Origin: Kofleriaceae bacterium
Lineage (GTDB): Bacteria; Myxococcota_A; Polyangia; Haliangiales; Haliangiaceae
Length of the DNA: 36,469 nucleotides
Direction: 5' to 3'
NCBI GenBank assembly: GCA_046597055.1
Contig: JBKJLC010000198.1
Span: 1 to 36,469 of the forward strand
The notes below the pieces were generated by a model. The model searched no databases. It had not been told where the DNA came from and saw only the letters and a program-made list of their open reading frames with translations. A program made the position numbers and the translations under genes. This document shows, piece by piece, positions 7,677 through 24,315 of the stretch; position 1 is the first letter of the stretch; each line of letters begins with the position of its first letter.

Positions 7677-8390
7677 TCACCACCAGGCCCGCGCCGTGCG
7701 TCGGGTGACCAGGATGTCGCCGGTCGCGGTCCGGGCGACCACGTGGACGATGCGACCGGCCGGCAGGTCGATCAGCACGCGGTCGCCGGCGGGCGTCGCC
7801 GTCAGCGGCCGCGAGCTCGGCACGCCGTCGACGTAGGCCACCAGCGTGGCCGCGCGCAGGTCGACCGTCGGCGAGGTCAGCGCCCAGCGCTCGCCGGCGC
7901 GCTCCAGCTGGTCGCGGCCGGCGCGGGCCGGCCGTGACGCCGGCGCCACCAGCCGTCGAGCCCGAGCACGTCACCGCCGCGGGTGCCCTGCAGCGCGAGC
8001 CGCGCGAGCAGCGGGAGGTTGTTGTCATGCGGCCAGTCGGGCTGGAAGCTCACCGACCAGCTGGCGACGGTCAGGCTGGCGAACAGGCTGACCGCGGCGG
8101 CGGTGCGGGTGCGCAGGCCGATCAGCACGGCGACCGTCGCCAGCCAGGCGAGCCACTCGGCCGCGCGGATCGCGGCCGACGGCGGCGGTGCGTCGCCCAG
8201 CAGCATGAGGATGCCGACCGGGTGATAGACCTCGAGCGGCGCGCGCGCCGGGTCGACGATGGTGGGGGTGCTCGGTCAGCCGCGCGAGCGTGAGCAAGAC
8301 CGATCCGGCGACCCCGATCCGCACGGCGGCGGCGCTGACGCCCCCGCCGGACTCGTACCAGTACCGCTGCCAGCGCGTCGGCGTGCCCAC
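7677..8390 (-). pseudogene. Disrupted HTTM-like membrane protein gene (frameshift plus apparent internal deletion)
   Basis: Coding-like pieces in three successive frames: RWQRYWY..AAVRIGVAG; IGLRTRTAAAVSL...HDNNLPLL...GDVLGLDGWW; GRDQLERAGERW...RAWW*. Extra base in the G5 run at 8264-8268. Confidence 0.6.
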
Positions 8391-8480
8391 GATCCCGACT
8401 ACCACGCGCGAGCCCGCGCCCGCGAAGGTCAACACTGGCACCCGTGCGGCCGTGCGCACCGCCCGGCAGAGACTGGAATC

Positions 8481-9065
8481 TCAGTCCACGACGGGTAGGC
8501 CCGGCGCGGCCGGCGCGGTGGGCGCCGCGGCCTCACCGGCCGGCGCCGCGGCCGGGGCCGCGCCGAGCACGACGACCCAGGCCGAGCCCAGCGCCTCGCC
8601 GCGCTTGACCGCCGCGCAGGTCTGCTGGCCATCGGCGACGTCGGGGACCTCGGAGTGGACGTAGATGATCGCGTTGCCGCCGGCCTCCCGGGCCTTCGTG
8701 CGCAGCTCGGTGACCACGTGCTTCTTGTCGAACGTGAGGCTCGCCGGAGTCAGGCCGGTTTCGCTCGGCGCGTAGTCGTTGATGGCGCAAGCGCCGTCGA
8801 TGTCGACCAGCTTGACGGTGCCCAGGATCCGGTGGCCGAAGCCGGGCTCGGCCTTGAGCTCGTTCTCGCGGAGCGAGAACCCGTCGGGACCGGTCCCGTA
8901 GAACACCCTCACGTCCTGCGGCGTGGCGACGATGGGCGCCGAGGTCCGCGATGCGTCGTACTCGCCGTAGGCGTCGAAGCGCGTGCTGGAGAAGACGGCC
9001 GGGCCGCACCCGATCGATCCGGCTGCCAGCGAGAGAAGAATGATCGAGAGCAGGGACGACCGCAT
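8481..9065 (-). CDS. Hypothetical lipoprotein
   Basis: Signal peptide with SIGC; ELRTKAREAGGNAIIYV motif reminiscent of YbjQ/RcsF-like folds. Confidence 0.75.
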   Translation of the reverse strand: MRSSLLSIILLSLAAGSIGCGPAVFSSTRFDAYGEYDASRTSAPIVATPQDVRVFYGTGPDGFSLRENELKAEPGFGHRILGTVKLVDIDGACAINDYAPSETGLTPASLTFDKKHVVTELRTKAREAGGNAIIYVHSEVPDVADGQQTCAAVKRGEALGSAWVVVLGAAPAAAPAGEAAAPTAPAAPGLPVVD

Positions 9066-9210
9066 GGCGGATAGATACGCGATGCCGGCGTCACTCCGGC
9101 GTGCACACACCGGCAAACGACGTGGTGCGCCGAGAGTCGCGCAACCTTCGGCCGACCGACCCCGCGCCTACATGCCGAGGCCAAGCCTGCGGCCGTGGTA
9201 CCCACGTTCG

Positions 9211-10122
9211 GTGCACCTCCTCTTCTGCGGCTCGGGCTGGCCCGACATCGTCGACCGGATCGCCGCCCGGCTGGCCCCGGGCGACACCATTGGGCGCTGG
9301 GATCGCGCGCGGCCGCTCGCCGACGAGCTCGCCGCCACCGCGGTCGACGTGCTGTTGCCGTCGAACGCCCACGTCGACGCCGCGGCGATCGCGGCCGGGG
9401 CGCACGCGCTGCGCCTGATCCAGCAGCCGGCCGCCGGCACCGACGCGATCGACCTGGCCGCCGCCGCCGCCCACGGCATCCCGGTGTGCAACGCGCCCGG
9501 CGCCAACCAGACCGCGGTCGCCGAGGCCGCGCTGCTGCTCCTGCTGCTCTGCGCGCGCCGGTGGCCGGTCGCGCGGGCAGCGTTCGAGCGCGGCGCGATC
9601 GGGACGCCGCTCGGCACCGAGCTGGCAGGCGCCCGGCTGGTCGTGGTCGGCACCGGCAAGACCGGCGCGGCCCTGGCCGAGCGGGCGCGCGCGCTCGGCA
9701 TGGACGTCCTCGGCCTCGACTCGCGCACCGGACGCGGCGAGCGGCTGGCCGCCTTCGCCCGCGCCGACGCGGTGAGCCTGCACTGCCCGCTGACGACGGC
9801 GACCCGTGGCCTGATCGACGCCGAGGCGCTGGCCGCGCTGCCCGCCCACGCGATCCTGGTCAACGTCGCGCGCGGCCCCGTGATCGACCGGGCCGCGCTC
9901 GCCGACGCGCTGGCGCGCGGCCACCTCGGCGGGGTCGGGCTCGACGTCTACTGGGACGAGCCGTGGGACCCGCGTGATCCGATGTTCGCTGACCCGCGGG
10001 TGGTGACGCTGCCCCATGTGGCTGGTTCGACCACACGAGCGTTCGACGCCATCGCGGCGATCGTCGTCGAGAACCTCGCTCGGATCGCGAGCGGCGAGCC
10101 GCTGCGACATCGTATCTCCTAG
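9211..10122 (+). CDS. D-isomer-specific 2-hydroxyacid dehydrogenase
   Basis: [24 protein letters not shown] and PHVAG motifs; GTG 9211 chosen as start. Confidence 0.9.
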   Translation: MHLLFCGSGWPDIVDRIAARLAPGDTIGRWDRARPLADELAATAVDVLLPSNAHVDAAAIAAGAHALRLIQQPAAGTDAIDLAAAAAHGIPVCNAPGANQTAVAEAALLLLLLCARRWPVARAAFERGAIGTPLGTELAGARLVVVGTGKTGAALAERARALGMDVLGLDSRTGRGERLAAFARADAVSLHCPLTTATRGLIDAEALAALPAHAILVNVARGPVIDRAALADALARGHLGGVGLDVYWDEPWDPRDPMFADPRVVTLPHVAGSTTRAFDAIAAIVVENLARIASGEPLRHRIS

Positions 10123-10128
10123 CCCAGA

Positions 10129-10157
10129 TTGCCCCCCGCCAACAAACTGCATACAGT
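10129..10157 (+). promoter_or_regulatory. Sigma70-like promoter of sdhCAB
   Basis: TTGCCC-17 bp-TACAGT, ending 45 nt upstream of sdhC. Confidence 0.5.
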
Positions 10158-10202
10158 CCGCGCGCTCCGGCATCTCACGGAGCAGATCACGAGGTTTAAG
10201 GC

Positions 10203-10883
10203 ATGAGCTGGTTCATCGGCTACGCGCGCTCGTCGGTGGGCGCCAAGCAGATCATGGCCCTCACCGGTCTGGCGCTGCTCCTGTTCACCATCGCCCACAT
10301 GGTCGGGCACCTCGGCATGTTCGGCGGGCGCGACGCCTACAACGGCTACGCACACTTCCTGCAGGGCCTGGGCGTCGTGAAGTGGCTGGTGCGCGCCGGC
10401 CTGCTCGCGGTCCTGGCGATCCACGTCGCGTCCGCGATCGGCCTGGCCCGCGCCAACGCCGCGGCCCGCCCGCACAAGTACGCGGTCGTCCGCTACGTGA
10501 GGACATCGATCTTCGCGCGCACGATGCTGTGGACCGGGCTCATCATCTTCGTCTTCATCGGGTTCCACCTCGCGCACTTCACGCTCGGCTGGGTCCAGCC
10601 CGAGGCGTTCCACACGCTCGACGACAAGGGCCGCTACGACGCGTACTCGATGTTCGTGATCGGCTTCCAGAACGTCGCCATCCTGGGGCTCTACCTGGTC
10701 GCCACCGCGCTCCTGTCGATGCACCTCGCCCACGGCGCGTCGAGCTGGTTCCAGTCGCTCGGCTGGCGCCACCCCAAGTACGACCGGCTGATCGACCTGC
10801 TGGGCCCGGTCCTCGCGGTCGTGCTGATCGTCGGCTACGCGGCGCCACCGATCGCAGTCGCGCTCAACCTCATCAAGCTGTGA
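10203..10883 (+). CDS. sdhC: Succinate dehydrogenase/fumarate reductase cytochrome b subunit
   Basis: [14 protein letters not shown], five TM helices with heme His, [13 protein letters not shown]; first gene of the operon. Confidence 0.93.
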   Translation: MSWFIGYARSSVGAKQIMALTGLALLLFTIAHMVGHLGMFGGRDAYNGYAHFLQGLGVVKWLVRAGLLAVLAIHVASAIGLARANAAARPHKYAVVRYVRTSIFARTMLWTGLIIFVFIGFHLAHFTLGWVQPEAFHTLDDKGRYDAYSMFVIGFQNVAILGLYLVATALLSMHLAHGASSWFQSLGWRHPKYDRLIDLLGPVLAVVLIVGYAAPPIAVALNLIKL

Positions 10884-10888
10884 CCACC

Positions 10889-13602
<2,714 letters not shown>

Positions 13603-13612
13603 TCCGGTCGGT

Positions 13613-13642
13613 TTCCGATCACAAGTCTTCATGTGATCGGAA
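13613..13642 (+). terminator. Hairpin immediately after sdhB
   Basis: TTCCGATCACA-8 nt-TGTGATCGGAA, 11-bp perfect stem. Confidence 0.55.
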
Positions 13643-13652
13643 GCGCTCACCT

Positions 13653-13822
13653 TTCCCGGTGGCCCTGAGCCGGCGCCGCAGGCGCCGGGTCGAAGGGCAG
13701 AGCGCCAAGGTGCCGCACGTGATCTTCGACGGACTGCCCTTCAGGGACACCGGGGAAGATGTGCGGGATCCTGAGGCGCGCCCTTCGACACGGCGCCTAC
13801 GGCGCCGGCTCAGGGCGAACGG
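13653..13822. repeat. REP-like palindromic element cluster between convergent sdhB and SDR
   Basis: 37-bp inverted copies at 13662-13698 and 13780-13816 with 2 mismatches, CCCTTCGAC...CTCAGGGCGAACGG type; degenerate third unit at ~13724-13758. Confidence 0.75.
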
Positions 13823-13888
13823 ATGAAGGTCGCCCCGCTCGAAAAATTCCGTTCCGTCGGCACTCGCTGCCGCTGCCGATGCCCGCGG

Positions 13889-14581
13889 CTACAGCGCGCC
13901 GCCCGGCGGCATGACCACGACCTCGTCGATCGCGATCGCCGGCCGGGCCAGGATGGCGACCACGATGCCGGCCAGGTCGTCGGGCTTCATCATCTTGCTG
14001 CGGTCGAAGCCGGGGCGGTCGTCCCAGATCGCGGTGTCGGTGGCGCCCGGCAGGACGGTGGTCACCCGGATGCCGTAGCTGCGGGCCTCCTCGGCGAGGA
14101 CGCGCATGAGGCCGAGCTGGCCGGCCTTGGCCGCGGTGTAGCCGGCAGCGTCGGGGAACGCGCGCTGGGCCGCGACCGAGCTGACCGCGACGATGTGGCC
14201 GGCCCGGCGCGGCTGCATGGTGCGCAGGGCCTCGCGCGCGCACAGGAACGTGCCGATGACGTGGGTGTCGAGCATCGCGCGCAGGTCGGCGACGGTGGCG
14301 GTGTGCAGCGGCGCGAACACGCCGACCCCGGCGGCGCACACCAGGATGTCGAGCGCGGGCAGCTCGGCCACCCGGGCCCGCACCGCGGCCTCGTCGGTGA
14401 CGTCGAGCCCGACCCCGACCACCTGTCCGGCTACCGGACGCTGGGTCAGCGCCGGGTCCGGGAACCGCCGGGCCCAGGCCACCACCGCGGCGCCCTCGCG
14501 CGCGAGCGCGGCGGCGATCGCGGCGCCGATGCCGGTCGAGCCGCCGGTGACCGCCGCCACCTTGCCGAGCAGGCGGGTCAC
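13889..14581 (-). CDS. Short-chain dehydrogenase/reductase (SDR)
   Basis: TGGSTGIG, CAAG, VSSVAA, YTAAK and PGATDT motifs; GTGA overlap with the trmFO stop. Confidence 0.92.
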   Translation of the reverse strand: MTRLLGKVAAVTGGSTGIGAAIAAALAREGAAVVAWARRFPDPALTQRPVAGQVVGVGLDVTDEAAVRARVAELPALDILVCAAGVGVFAPLHTATVADLRAMLDTHVIGTFLCAREALRTMQPRRAGHIVAVSSVAAQRAFPDAAGYTAAKAGQLGLMRVLAEEARSYGIRVTTVLPGATDTAIWDDRPGFDRSKMMKPDDLAGIVVAILARPAIAIDEVVVMPPGGAL

Positions 14582-15981
14582 GCCGCCACCCGCTGGCCCG
14601 CGATCCAGACGCCGAGATCCTCGATCGCGCGCGCGATCTGGAACTTGCGCCGGCCCTGCTTGTCGTGGCGGTGGGTGACGATCGTCGCCGGCGGCAGCAG
14701 GCCGTAGTTCACGTTGGTGGGCTGGTACTTCGCGCCGGGCTCGCGGGGCCCGGTGACGTGGTGGTAGAGGGCGCCGAGCATCGTGGTCGGCGGCGGCGGG
14801 TCGAGCGCGCGGCCGGCCAGCTCGTCGGCGAGCAGCCAGGCGCACACCAGGCCGATCGCGCAGCTCTCGATGTAGCCCTCGACCCCGGTGAGGAGGCCGG
14901 CGAAGCGCAGGTCGGGCTGGGTGCGCAGCTCGAGCCGGCGGCCGAGCAGATTGGGCGCGTCGACGTAGGTGTTGCGATGGATCGAGCCGAACCGCAGCCA
15001 CTCGGCGTGGGCGAGCGCCGGCACCATCGCGAAGATCCGCTGCTGCTCGGGATAGGCCAGCCGGGTCTGGAACCCGACCAGGTTGTACGCGGTCAGGTAG
15101 CGGTTCTCCGGACGCAGCTGGATCACGGCGTATGGCCAGCGCCCGGTGCGCGGGTCGGTCAGCCCGACCGGTCGCATCGGGCCGTAGCGCAGGACATCCA
15201 TGCCGCGGTCGGCCATGACCTCGATCGGCAGGCAGCTCTCGAAGTACCGCGGCTCCTCGAACTCGTGCGGCATCACCCGCCGGCCGGCCCGCACCGCCTC
15301 GACAAAGGCGACGTAGGTGTCCTTGTCCATCGGGCAGTTGATGTAGTCACCCGGGGTCGCCTGGTCGTCCTCGCCCGCCTCGTCCGGCCGCTCCGCCAGC
15401 GCCGGCGCCGGCGGCGAGTTCCGGTCCCAGCGCGACTTGTGGTAGGCGCAATCCATGTCGATCGACTCGGCCGCGACGATCGGCGCGATCGCGTCGTAGA
15501 AGTACATGCGCTCGCCGCCGAGCTGCTTGCGGATCACGGTGCCGAGCGGGCCGCCGGTCAGCGGCCCGGTGGCGACGATCACCGGCCCGGTCGGCAGCTC
15601 GTCGAGCGGACGCCGCTCGATCCGGATGTTGCGGTGCAGCGCGAGCCGGACCGTGAGCTCGCGGCCGAAGCCGAACCGCTCGACCGCCAGCGCCTGGCCG
15701 GCGGGCACCCGGTGGCGATCGGCCGACTCGATCACGACCGACCCGGCCCGCCGCAGCTCGTCCTTGAGCAGCCCGGCCGGGGTGTCGCGATCGTTGGAGC
15801 GCAGCGAGTTGGAGCACACCAGCTCGCCGAGCAGCGGCGTCTGGTGCGCCGGCGACATCGCGGTCGGCTTCTGCTCGACCAGCGCGACCCGCAGCCCGCG
15901 CTCCGCGAGCTGCCAGGCCGCCTCACAGCCGGCCATCCCGCCGCCGACGACGGTCACGTCAGAGTCACGCCAGGCGGTCAC
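14578..15981 (-). CDS. trmFO: Methylenetetrahydrofolate--tRNA-(uracil-5-)-methyltransferase
   Basis: VVGGGMAGCEAAWQ, ELVCSNSL, YFYDAIAP, YNLVGFQT, GSIHRNTY and GVEGYIES motifs. Confidence 0.96.
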   Translation of the reverse strand: MTAWRDSDVTVVGGGMAGCEAAWQLAERGLRVALVEQKPTAMSPAHQTPLLGELVCSNSLRSNDRDTPAGLLKDELRRAGSVVIESADRHRVPAGQALAVERFGFGRELTVRLALHRNIRIERRPLDELPTGPVIVATGPLTGGPLGTVIRKQLGGERMYFYDAIAPIVAAESIDMDCAYHKSRWDRNSPPAPALAERPDEAGEDDQATPGDYINCPMDKDTYVAFVEAVRAGRRVMPHEFEEPRYFESCLPIEVMADRGMDVLRYGPMRPVGLTDPRTGRWPYAVIQLRPENRYLTAYNLVGFQTRLAYPEQQRIFAMVPALAHAEWLRFGSIHRNTYVDAPNLLGRRLELRTQPDLRFAGLLTGVEGYIESCAIGLVCAWLLADELAGRALDPPPPTTMLGALYHHVTGPREPGAKYQPTNVNYGLLPPATIVTHRHDKQGRRKFQIARAIEDLGVWIAGQRVAA

Positions 15982-16014
15982 GCGCGGACCTTACACCCTC
16001 GCCGGTCCGCTCGC

Positions 16015-18663
<2,649 letters not shown>

Positions 18664-18670
18664 GGGGACC

Positions 18671-19537
18671 TCAGGTGACAGGCGCTGCGGAGCGGAGGTA
18701 GGCGGCGCCGGCGACCGGGACGATCCAGCCGGCGGCTTCGAGATCGGAGAGAACCACGAGCGCGGCCCCCAGACGGAGGCCGGTGGTGGCGGAAACGTCA
18801 CCGGCGTCGCGCGGTTGCGCGGCATCGAGGACGTCCCACACCTGCTGCTCGACGGCGGTGAGCGCCCGCCGATCGAGGCGGCGCGCGTGCCCCAGGAGGG
18901 CGCGGTCGAGATCGGCACCGGTCTCGATGACCGCGGCGCCCGACGCGAGCAGCGCCTGGGTGCCGGGCGATCCCGGGACCGCGGCGACCTGGCGACCGAG
19001 GTCGGCCGCAGCCCGGGCGGTGTGCAGCGATCCGGACCGTGCGCTCGCGCTCACGACCACCACCAGATCCGCGAGCGCGGCGATCACCCGGTTGCGGCGC
19101 ACGAAGTTGCCCGCGTACGGCTGGGTGCCGGTCGGGAACATCGAGATGAGCGCGCCGCCGCGATCGACCACGGCCGTGTAGAGCGCGCTGTGGCGATCCG
19201 GATAGATGATGTCGATGCCGGTCCCGACCACGACCACGGTGGAGCCGCCGGCGGCGAGGGCGCCCCGATGGGCAGCGGCGTCGACCCCGAGCGCGCCGCC
19301 CGAGACGACCACCGCACCCGCGCCGACCGCGTGCGAAGCGAGGGCGTGGGCGGTGGCGATGGCCTCGGCGGAGGCGGCGCGGGCCCCGACCAGCGCGACC
19401 GAAAACCGAGCATCCACAATCGTTCCCAGGACATGCAGGCTGGGCAGAGGCCGGCCGAATGCATGGCTCGAGGCCTGGAGGCGCCGCGGGTAGGCGGCGT
19501 CCCCTGGTTCGATCTGGCGTACCCGCTCCTCGCTCAC
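18671..19537 (-). CDS. dprA: DNA-processing protein DprA (Smf)
   Basis: VALVGAR, VSGGALGVDAAAHRGAL, NFVRRNRVIAAL and SGSLHTA; C-terminal winged-helix; upstream of topA. Confidence 0.92.
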   Translation of the reverse strand: MSEERVRQIEPGDAAYPRRLQASSHAFGRPLPSLHVLGTIVDARFSVALVGARAASAEAIATAHALASHAVGAGAVVVSGGALGVDAAAHRGALAAGGSTVVVVGTGIDIIYPDRHSALYTAVVDRGGALISMFPTGTQPYAGNFVRRNRVIAALADLVVVVSASARSGSLHTARAAADLGRQVAAVPGSPGTQALLASGAAVIETGADLDRALLGHARRLDRRALTAVEQQVWDVLDAAQPRDAGDVSATTGLRLGAALVVLSDLEAAGWIVPVAGAAYLRSAAPVT

Positions 19538-19620
19538 AAGGGGGTAGCCTTTAGCGACCGGCCGGGCCCCCGTCAAGGGCAAGGCGATCGCGCTGAACGA
19601 TCTCGGTCAGTTACCGGACG

Positions 19621-20889
19621 TTATTGTTTGCGCATCATGACGAGGTCGCCTGGCCCCATCTCTTCCACGGCCAGCGTGATGAGCCCCACCGACAGCTGCG
19701 GACCCACCTCGACCAGGACGATCTCGCCCAGCGCGCGGGCCGGGAAGGCGCGGTCGTCCTGCCCGACCATGTCCGTGGGACCGCCCTTCCGGTCAAGCGC
19801 GTCACCGCGGCGGACCACGAACAGCCGGTTGCCGGGCTTCACGCCCTGCTTCTGGCCGAGGTCGATGAACACGACCTCGCCGGTGCCGATCAGCTGATCG
19901 GACGTGAGCATCGCGACCACCGTGCCCTGCACGTCGACCTCGTTGCGCGCCGGCGGCACCGTCCGGAAGGTCCGGAGCAAGGGACCGACCCGCGCGCCCC
20001 GTTCGATCTCGGTGTTCGCGGTGGTGATGCGCGCGCGGGCGTACTTGCCCTGCTTGACGCTCAGGATCTGGACCTCGCCCAGCAGCCGGACGTACGAGCC
20101 CACGACCTTCTTGGTGTCGGGATGCACCGCCTTCTGATCTTCGGCGTAGACCGAGTACCGCGCGCCGATCTTGGGCACCGCGTCGGTCGGGTACGAGACG
20201 TAGATCTCGTCGCCGGTCGAGAGCAGCGCCTTGTCCTCGATCGAGCCGACCACGAACATGCTCGAGTCGAGGCTGGCCTTGTCGATGAACGCGACCTGGC
20301 GGACCGCGACCTCGAAGCGGCGCGCCGGGGTCGGCGCGTCGGCCGCTCGCGCCGGGCCGGTCTCGGCCTCGAGGCCAGGATCCCCCATGCCGACCGGGGC
20401 CAGGAAGCCCTTCGGCAGGAGCCGGACCAGGTCGCCGGGGTAGATCCAGTGCGGGTTGGTGATCTGCGCGTTCGACGCCCAGACCTTGGGCCACTGCCAC
20501 GGGTCGTTGAAGTAGTACCAGCAGATGTCCCACAGCGTGTCGCCGCGGCGGACCACGTGCAGCTCGGGGGTCGGTCCGGCGTGCAAGACGACGTTCTCCT
20601 CGACGGTGTCGCGCGGGGCGATGTCGTCGTAGTGGTAGACGCCACCCGGGCTGGACGGGGCGTCACTCGCCGGCTTGCCATCGGGGCCGATCACGATCAC
20701 GGTCGGCTTGGCCGCCGGCGTGGTCGCCGGGGCCGACGTGCTGCCGTAGGCGCCGACGTCGGTGGACGGATCGTAGGTCCCGACATCGGGGCTGGTCGGC
20801 TGCGCCGGCGTCGCCGGCTGAGCCCAGACGGGCGCGGCGGCGGCACCGAGCGCGAGCACGGCGGTCGCGAGCAGCGAGGAGTGCGTCAT
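19621..20889 (-). CDS. LysM peptidoglycan-binding domain protein, secreted
   Basis: HVVRRGDTLWDIC...PWQWPKVW...ITNPHWIYPGD; signal peptide; GGAGG upstream; typical dprA neighbour. Confidence 0.9.
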   Translation of the reverse strand: MTHSSLLATAVLALGAAAAPVWAQPATPAQPTSPDVGTYDPSTDVGAYGSTSAPATTPAAKPTVIVIGPDGKPASDAPSSPGGVYHYDDIAPRDTVEENVVLHAGPTPELHVVRRGDTLWDICWYYFNDPWQWPKVWASNAQITNPHWIYPGDLVRLLPKGFLAPVGMGDPGLEAETGPARAADAPTPARRFEVAVRQVAFIDKASLDSSMFVVGSIEDKALLSTGDEIYVSYPTDAVPKIGARYSVYAEDQKAVHPDTKKVVGSYVRLLGEVQILSVKQGKYARARITTANTEIERGARVGPLLRTFRTVPPARNEVDVQGTVVAMLTSDQLIGTGEVVFIDLGQKQGVKPGNRLFVVRRGDALDRKGGPTDMVGQDDRAFPARALGEIVLVEVGPQLSVGLITLAVEEMGPGDLVMMRKQ

Positions 20890-20915
20890 CGTGACCTCCG
20901 ACAGGCGCGAGCGCG

Positions 20916-21824
20916 TCACAGGGCCTCCAGCCGCGCCGTGGCGATCGCGGCGGGGGACGAGCCAGGATAGAGCGAGACGACCTGCTCGAGGGCGGCGCGC
21001 GCCTTCACGCGGTCGCCGAGCGCCTGGTACGAGAAGCCGATCTTGAGCAGGGCATCGGGGACCTTGTTGCCGCGCGGGTAGTGCGCGACGGTGGCGCGGA
21101 ACTCCGTGATCGCGCGCGGGTAGTCCTTCTGGTCGTAGTAGGACTCGCCGAGCCAGTACTGCGCGTTGTCGGCGTACTCGTGACCCGGGAAGCGCGCGAC
21201 CAGCTCGCGGAAGCTGGTGATCGCGGCCGCGTGCTCGCGCCCGCGCAAGGCGGTGGTGCCACGCCGGTACAGCTCGAGCGCGGCATCGCTGCCGGCGGCG
21301 CCGGTCGCCGGGGGTGCCGACCCGCGCGGGACGCCGGGCCCCCGGCCGGTGCTGCCGAGGTCGACCGAGGTGGGTAGATCGCGGAGCTCGGTGCGCGGGG
21401 CCCGGGCCCGGGCCGTCCGCGGGCGCGGCGGCGGCGGCTCGTCGGCGCGCAGCTCGTCGGGATCGATCACGACCGGCGGCCGGTTGGCCTGGTCGACGTA
21501 GACGATCTCGGTGCCGTCGTCAGCGGTGCCGACCAGCCGGCCGTCCTCGGGCACGTCGTCGGGCGACAGGATCTCGACCGGCAGCGTCGGCGCGACCTCG
21601 CCGCGCGGCGCGAGCGCGCGGGTCTCGAGGCGGTCCTCGAGCAGCGCGACCTGGTTCTCGAGGTCGCGCCGCTTGCGCCGCTCGGCGCGGAGCTCGGCCC
21701 GCATCGTGTCGACCGTGGACGCGAGCTTCTGGTTGTCGCTGCGGGCCTTCGTCATCGGGCCGCCGCAGGCGATGGCGGTCGGAGCGACGAGGCCGAACGC
21801 AACGGCCAGATGGAGGGCTCGCAC
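20916..21824 (-). CDS. cpoB: Tol-Pal system protein YbgF/CpoB-like TPR lipoprotein
   Basis: YADNAQYWLGESYY...KVPDALLKIG...YPGS; N-terminal coiled coil; AIAC lipobox-like motif. Confidence 0.85.
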   Translation of the reverse strand: MRALHLAVAFGLVAPTAIACGGPMTKARSDNQKLASTVDTMRAELRAERRKRRDLENQVALLEDRLETRALAPRGEVAPTLPVEILSPDDVPEDGRLVGTADDGTEIVYVDQANRPPVVIDPDELRADEPPPPRPRTARARAPRTELRDLPTSVDLGSTGRGPGVPRGSAPPATGAAGSDAALELYRRGTTALRGREHAAAITSFRELVARFPGHEYADNAQYWLGESYYDQKDYPRAITEFRATVAHYPRGNKVPDALLKIGFSYQALGDRVKARAALEQVVSLYPGSSPAAIATARLEAL

Positions 21825-21976
21825 CGGTAGATGGTAGGAGCGCGCGGGAGCCAGGGCAAATAAAGCGGGCGCCGATGGCACGCATCGATAAGTCCTTACC
21901 GAGGCGGCGGAGCGCCCGGCCCGGCGCGGCGGCCACGCGCTCCCGCGCCGGTGCGCGGCGGCGGCGGCGGCCGTCG

Positions 21977-22915
21977 TCAGGACGGCGACGGCCGCGCGCT
22001 GCACGACGCGACGATCTTGTCGGCGCCGAGCGCGAGCAGCATGTCGGCGGCGGCGACCCCGAGCGCTTCGGCGTTCGCGATCGGGCCGCGCTGGGTCGCG
22101 CGCAGGATCTTGCTGCCGTCGGGCAGGCCGCACAGCGCGTCGAGGATGAGCTCGCCGCCCACGGTGCGCGCGTACGCGGCGAGCGGGGTCTGGCAGCTGC
22201 CGCCCATGCGCAGCAGGAAGCTGCGCTCGGCGACGACCCGGCGCTCCTCGTCGGGGTCGTGGATCGCGGCGCGGACCCGGCCGATCGTCTCGTCGTCGCC
22301 GGCGCGGGTCTCGATCCCGAGCACGCCCTGGGCGACCGCGGGCAGGCTGAGCTCGACCGGCAGCAGCTGGGTGATGCGATCGGCCAGGCCCAGGCGGTGC
22401 AGCCCCGCGGCCGCGAGCACGATCGCGTCGTACTCGCCGTCGTCGAGCTTGCGGACCCGGGTCGGCACGTTGCCGCGCAGCATCTTGATGATCAGATCGG
22501 GCCGGCGCGCGAGCAGCTGGCACTGGCGGCGCAGGCTCGAGGTCCCGACCACCGCGCCGCGCGCGAGCTCGTCGAGCGAGGCCCCCTTCGACAGCAGCGC
22601 GTCGTTGGCGATCTCGCGGGTGCTCACCGCGGCCAGCACCAGGCCGGGCGCCAGCTCGGCCGGCACGTCCTTCATGCTGTGCACGGCGATCTGGGCGCGC
22701 CCGTCGACCAGCGCGGCCTCGATCTCCTTGACGAACAGGGCCTTGCCGCCGACCTGGCTCAGCGGCACGTCGAGGATGAGGTCGCCCTGGGTCTTGAGCA
22801 CCAGCAGCTCGACGGTGACGCCGGGCGCCACCACCGCCAGCCGCGCCTTCACGTGCTCGGCCTGCCAGAGGGCCAGCGCGCTCCCGCGCGTCGCGATCAC
22901 CAGTCGGTCCATCAT
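21977..22915 (-). CDS. hemC: Hydroxymethylbilane synthase (porphobilinogen deaminase)
   Basis: IATRGSALALWQ, GGKALFVKE, VHSMKDVP, GTSSLRR, LRGNVPTR and GGSCQTP motifs. Confidence 0.96.
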   Translation of the reverse strand: MMDRLVIATRGSALALWQAEHVKARLAVVAPGVTVELLVLKTQGDLILDVPLSQVGGKALFVKEIEAALVDGRAQIAVHSMKDVPAELAPGLVLAAVSTREIANDALLSKGASLDELARGAVVGTSSLRRQCQLLARRPDLIIKMLRGNVPTRVRKLDDGEYDAIVLAAAGLHRLGLADRITQLLPVELSLPAVAQGVLGIETRAGDDETIGRVRAAIHDPDEERRVVAERSFLLRMGGSCQTPLAAYARTVGGELILDALCGLPDGSKILRATQRGPIANAEALGVAAADMLLALGADKIVASCSARPSPS

Positions 22916-22919
22916 CGCA

Positions 22920-24311
<1,392 letters not shown>

Positions 24312-24315
24312 CGGC

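Noticed and set aside
13653..13822. tRNA, riboswitch or IS element
   Set aside because: No cloverleaf or known aptamer motif; lies between convergent genes; no transposase.
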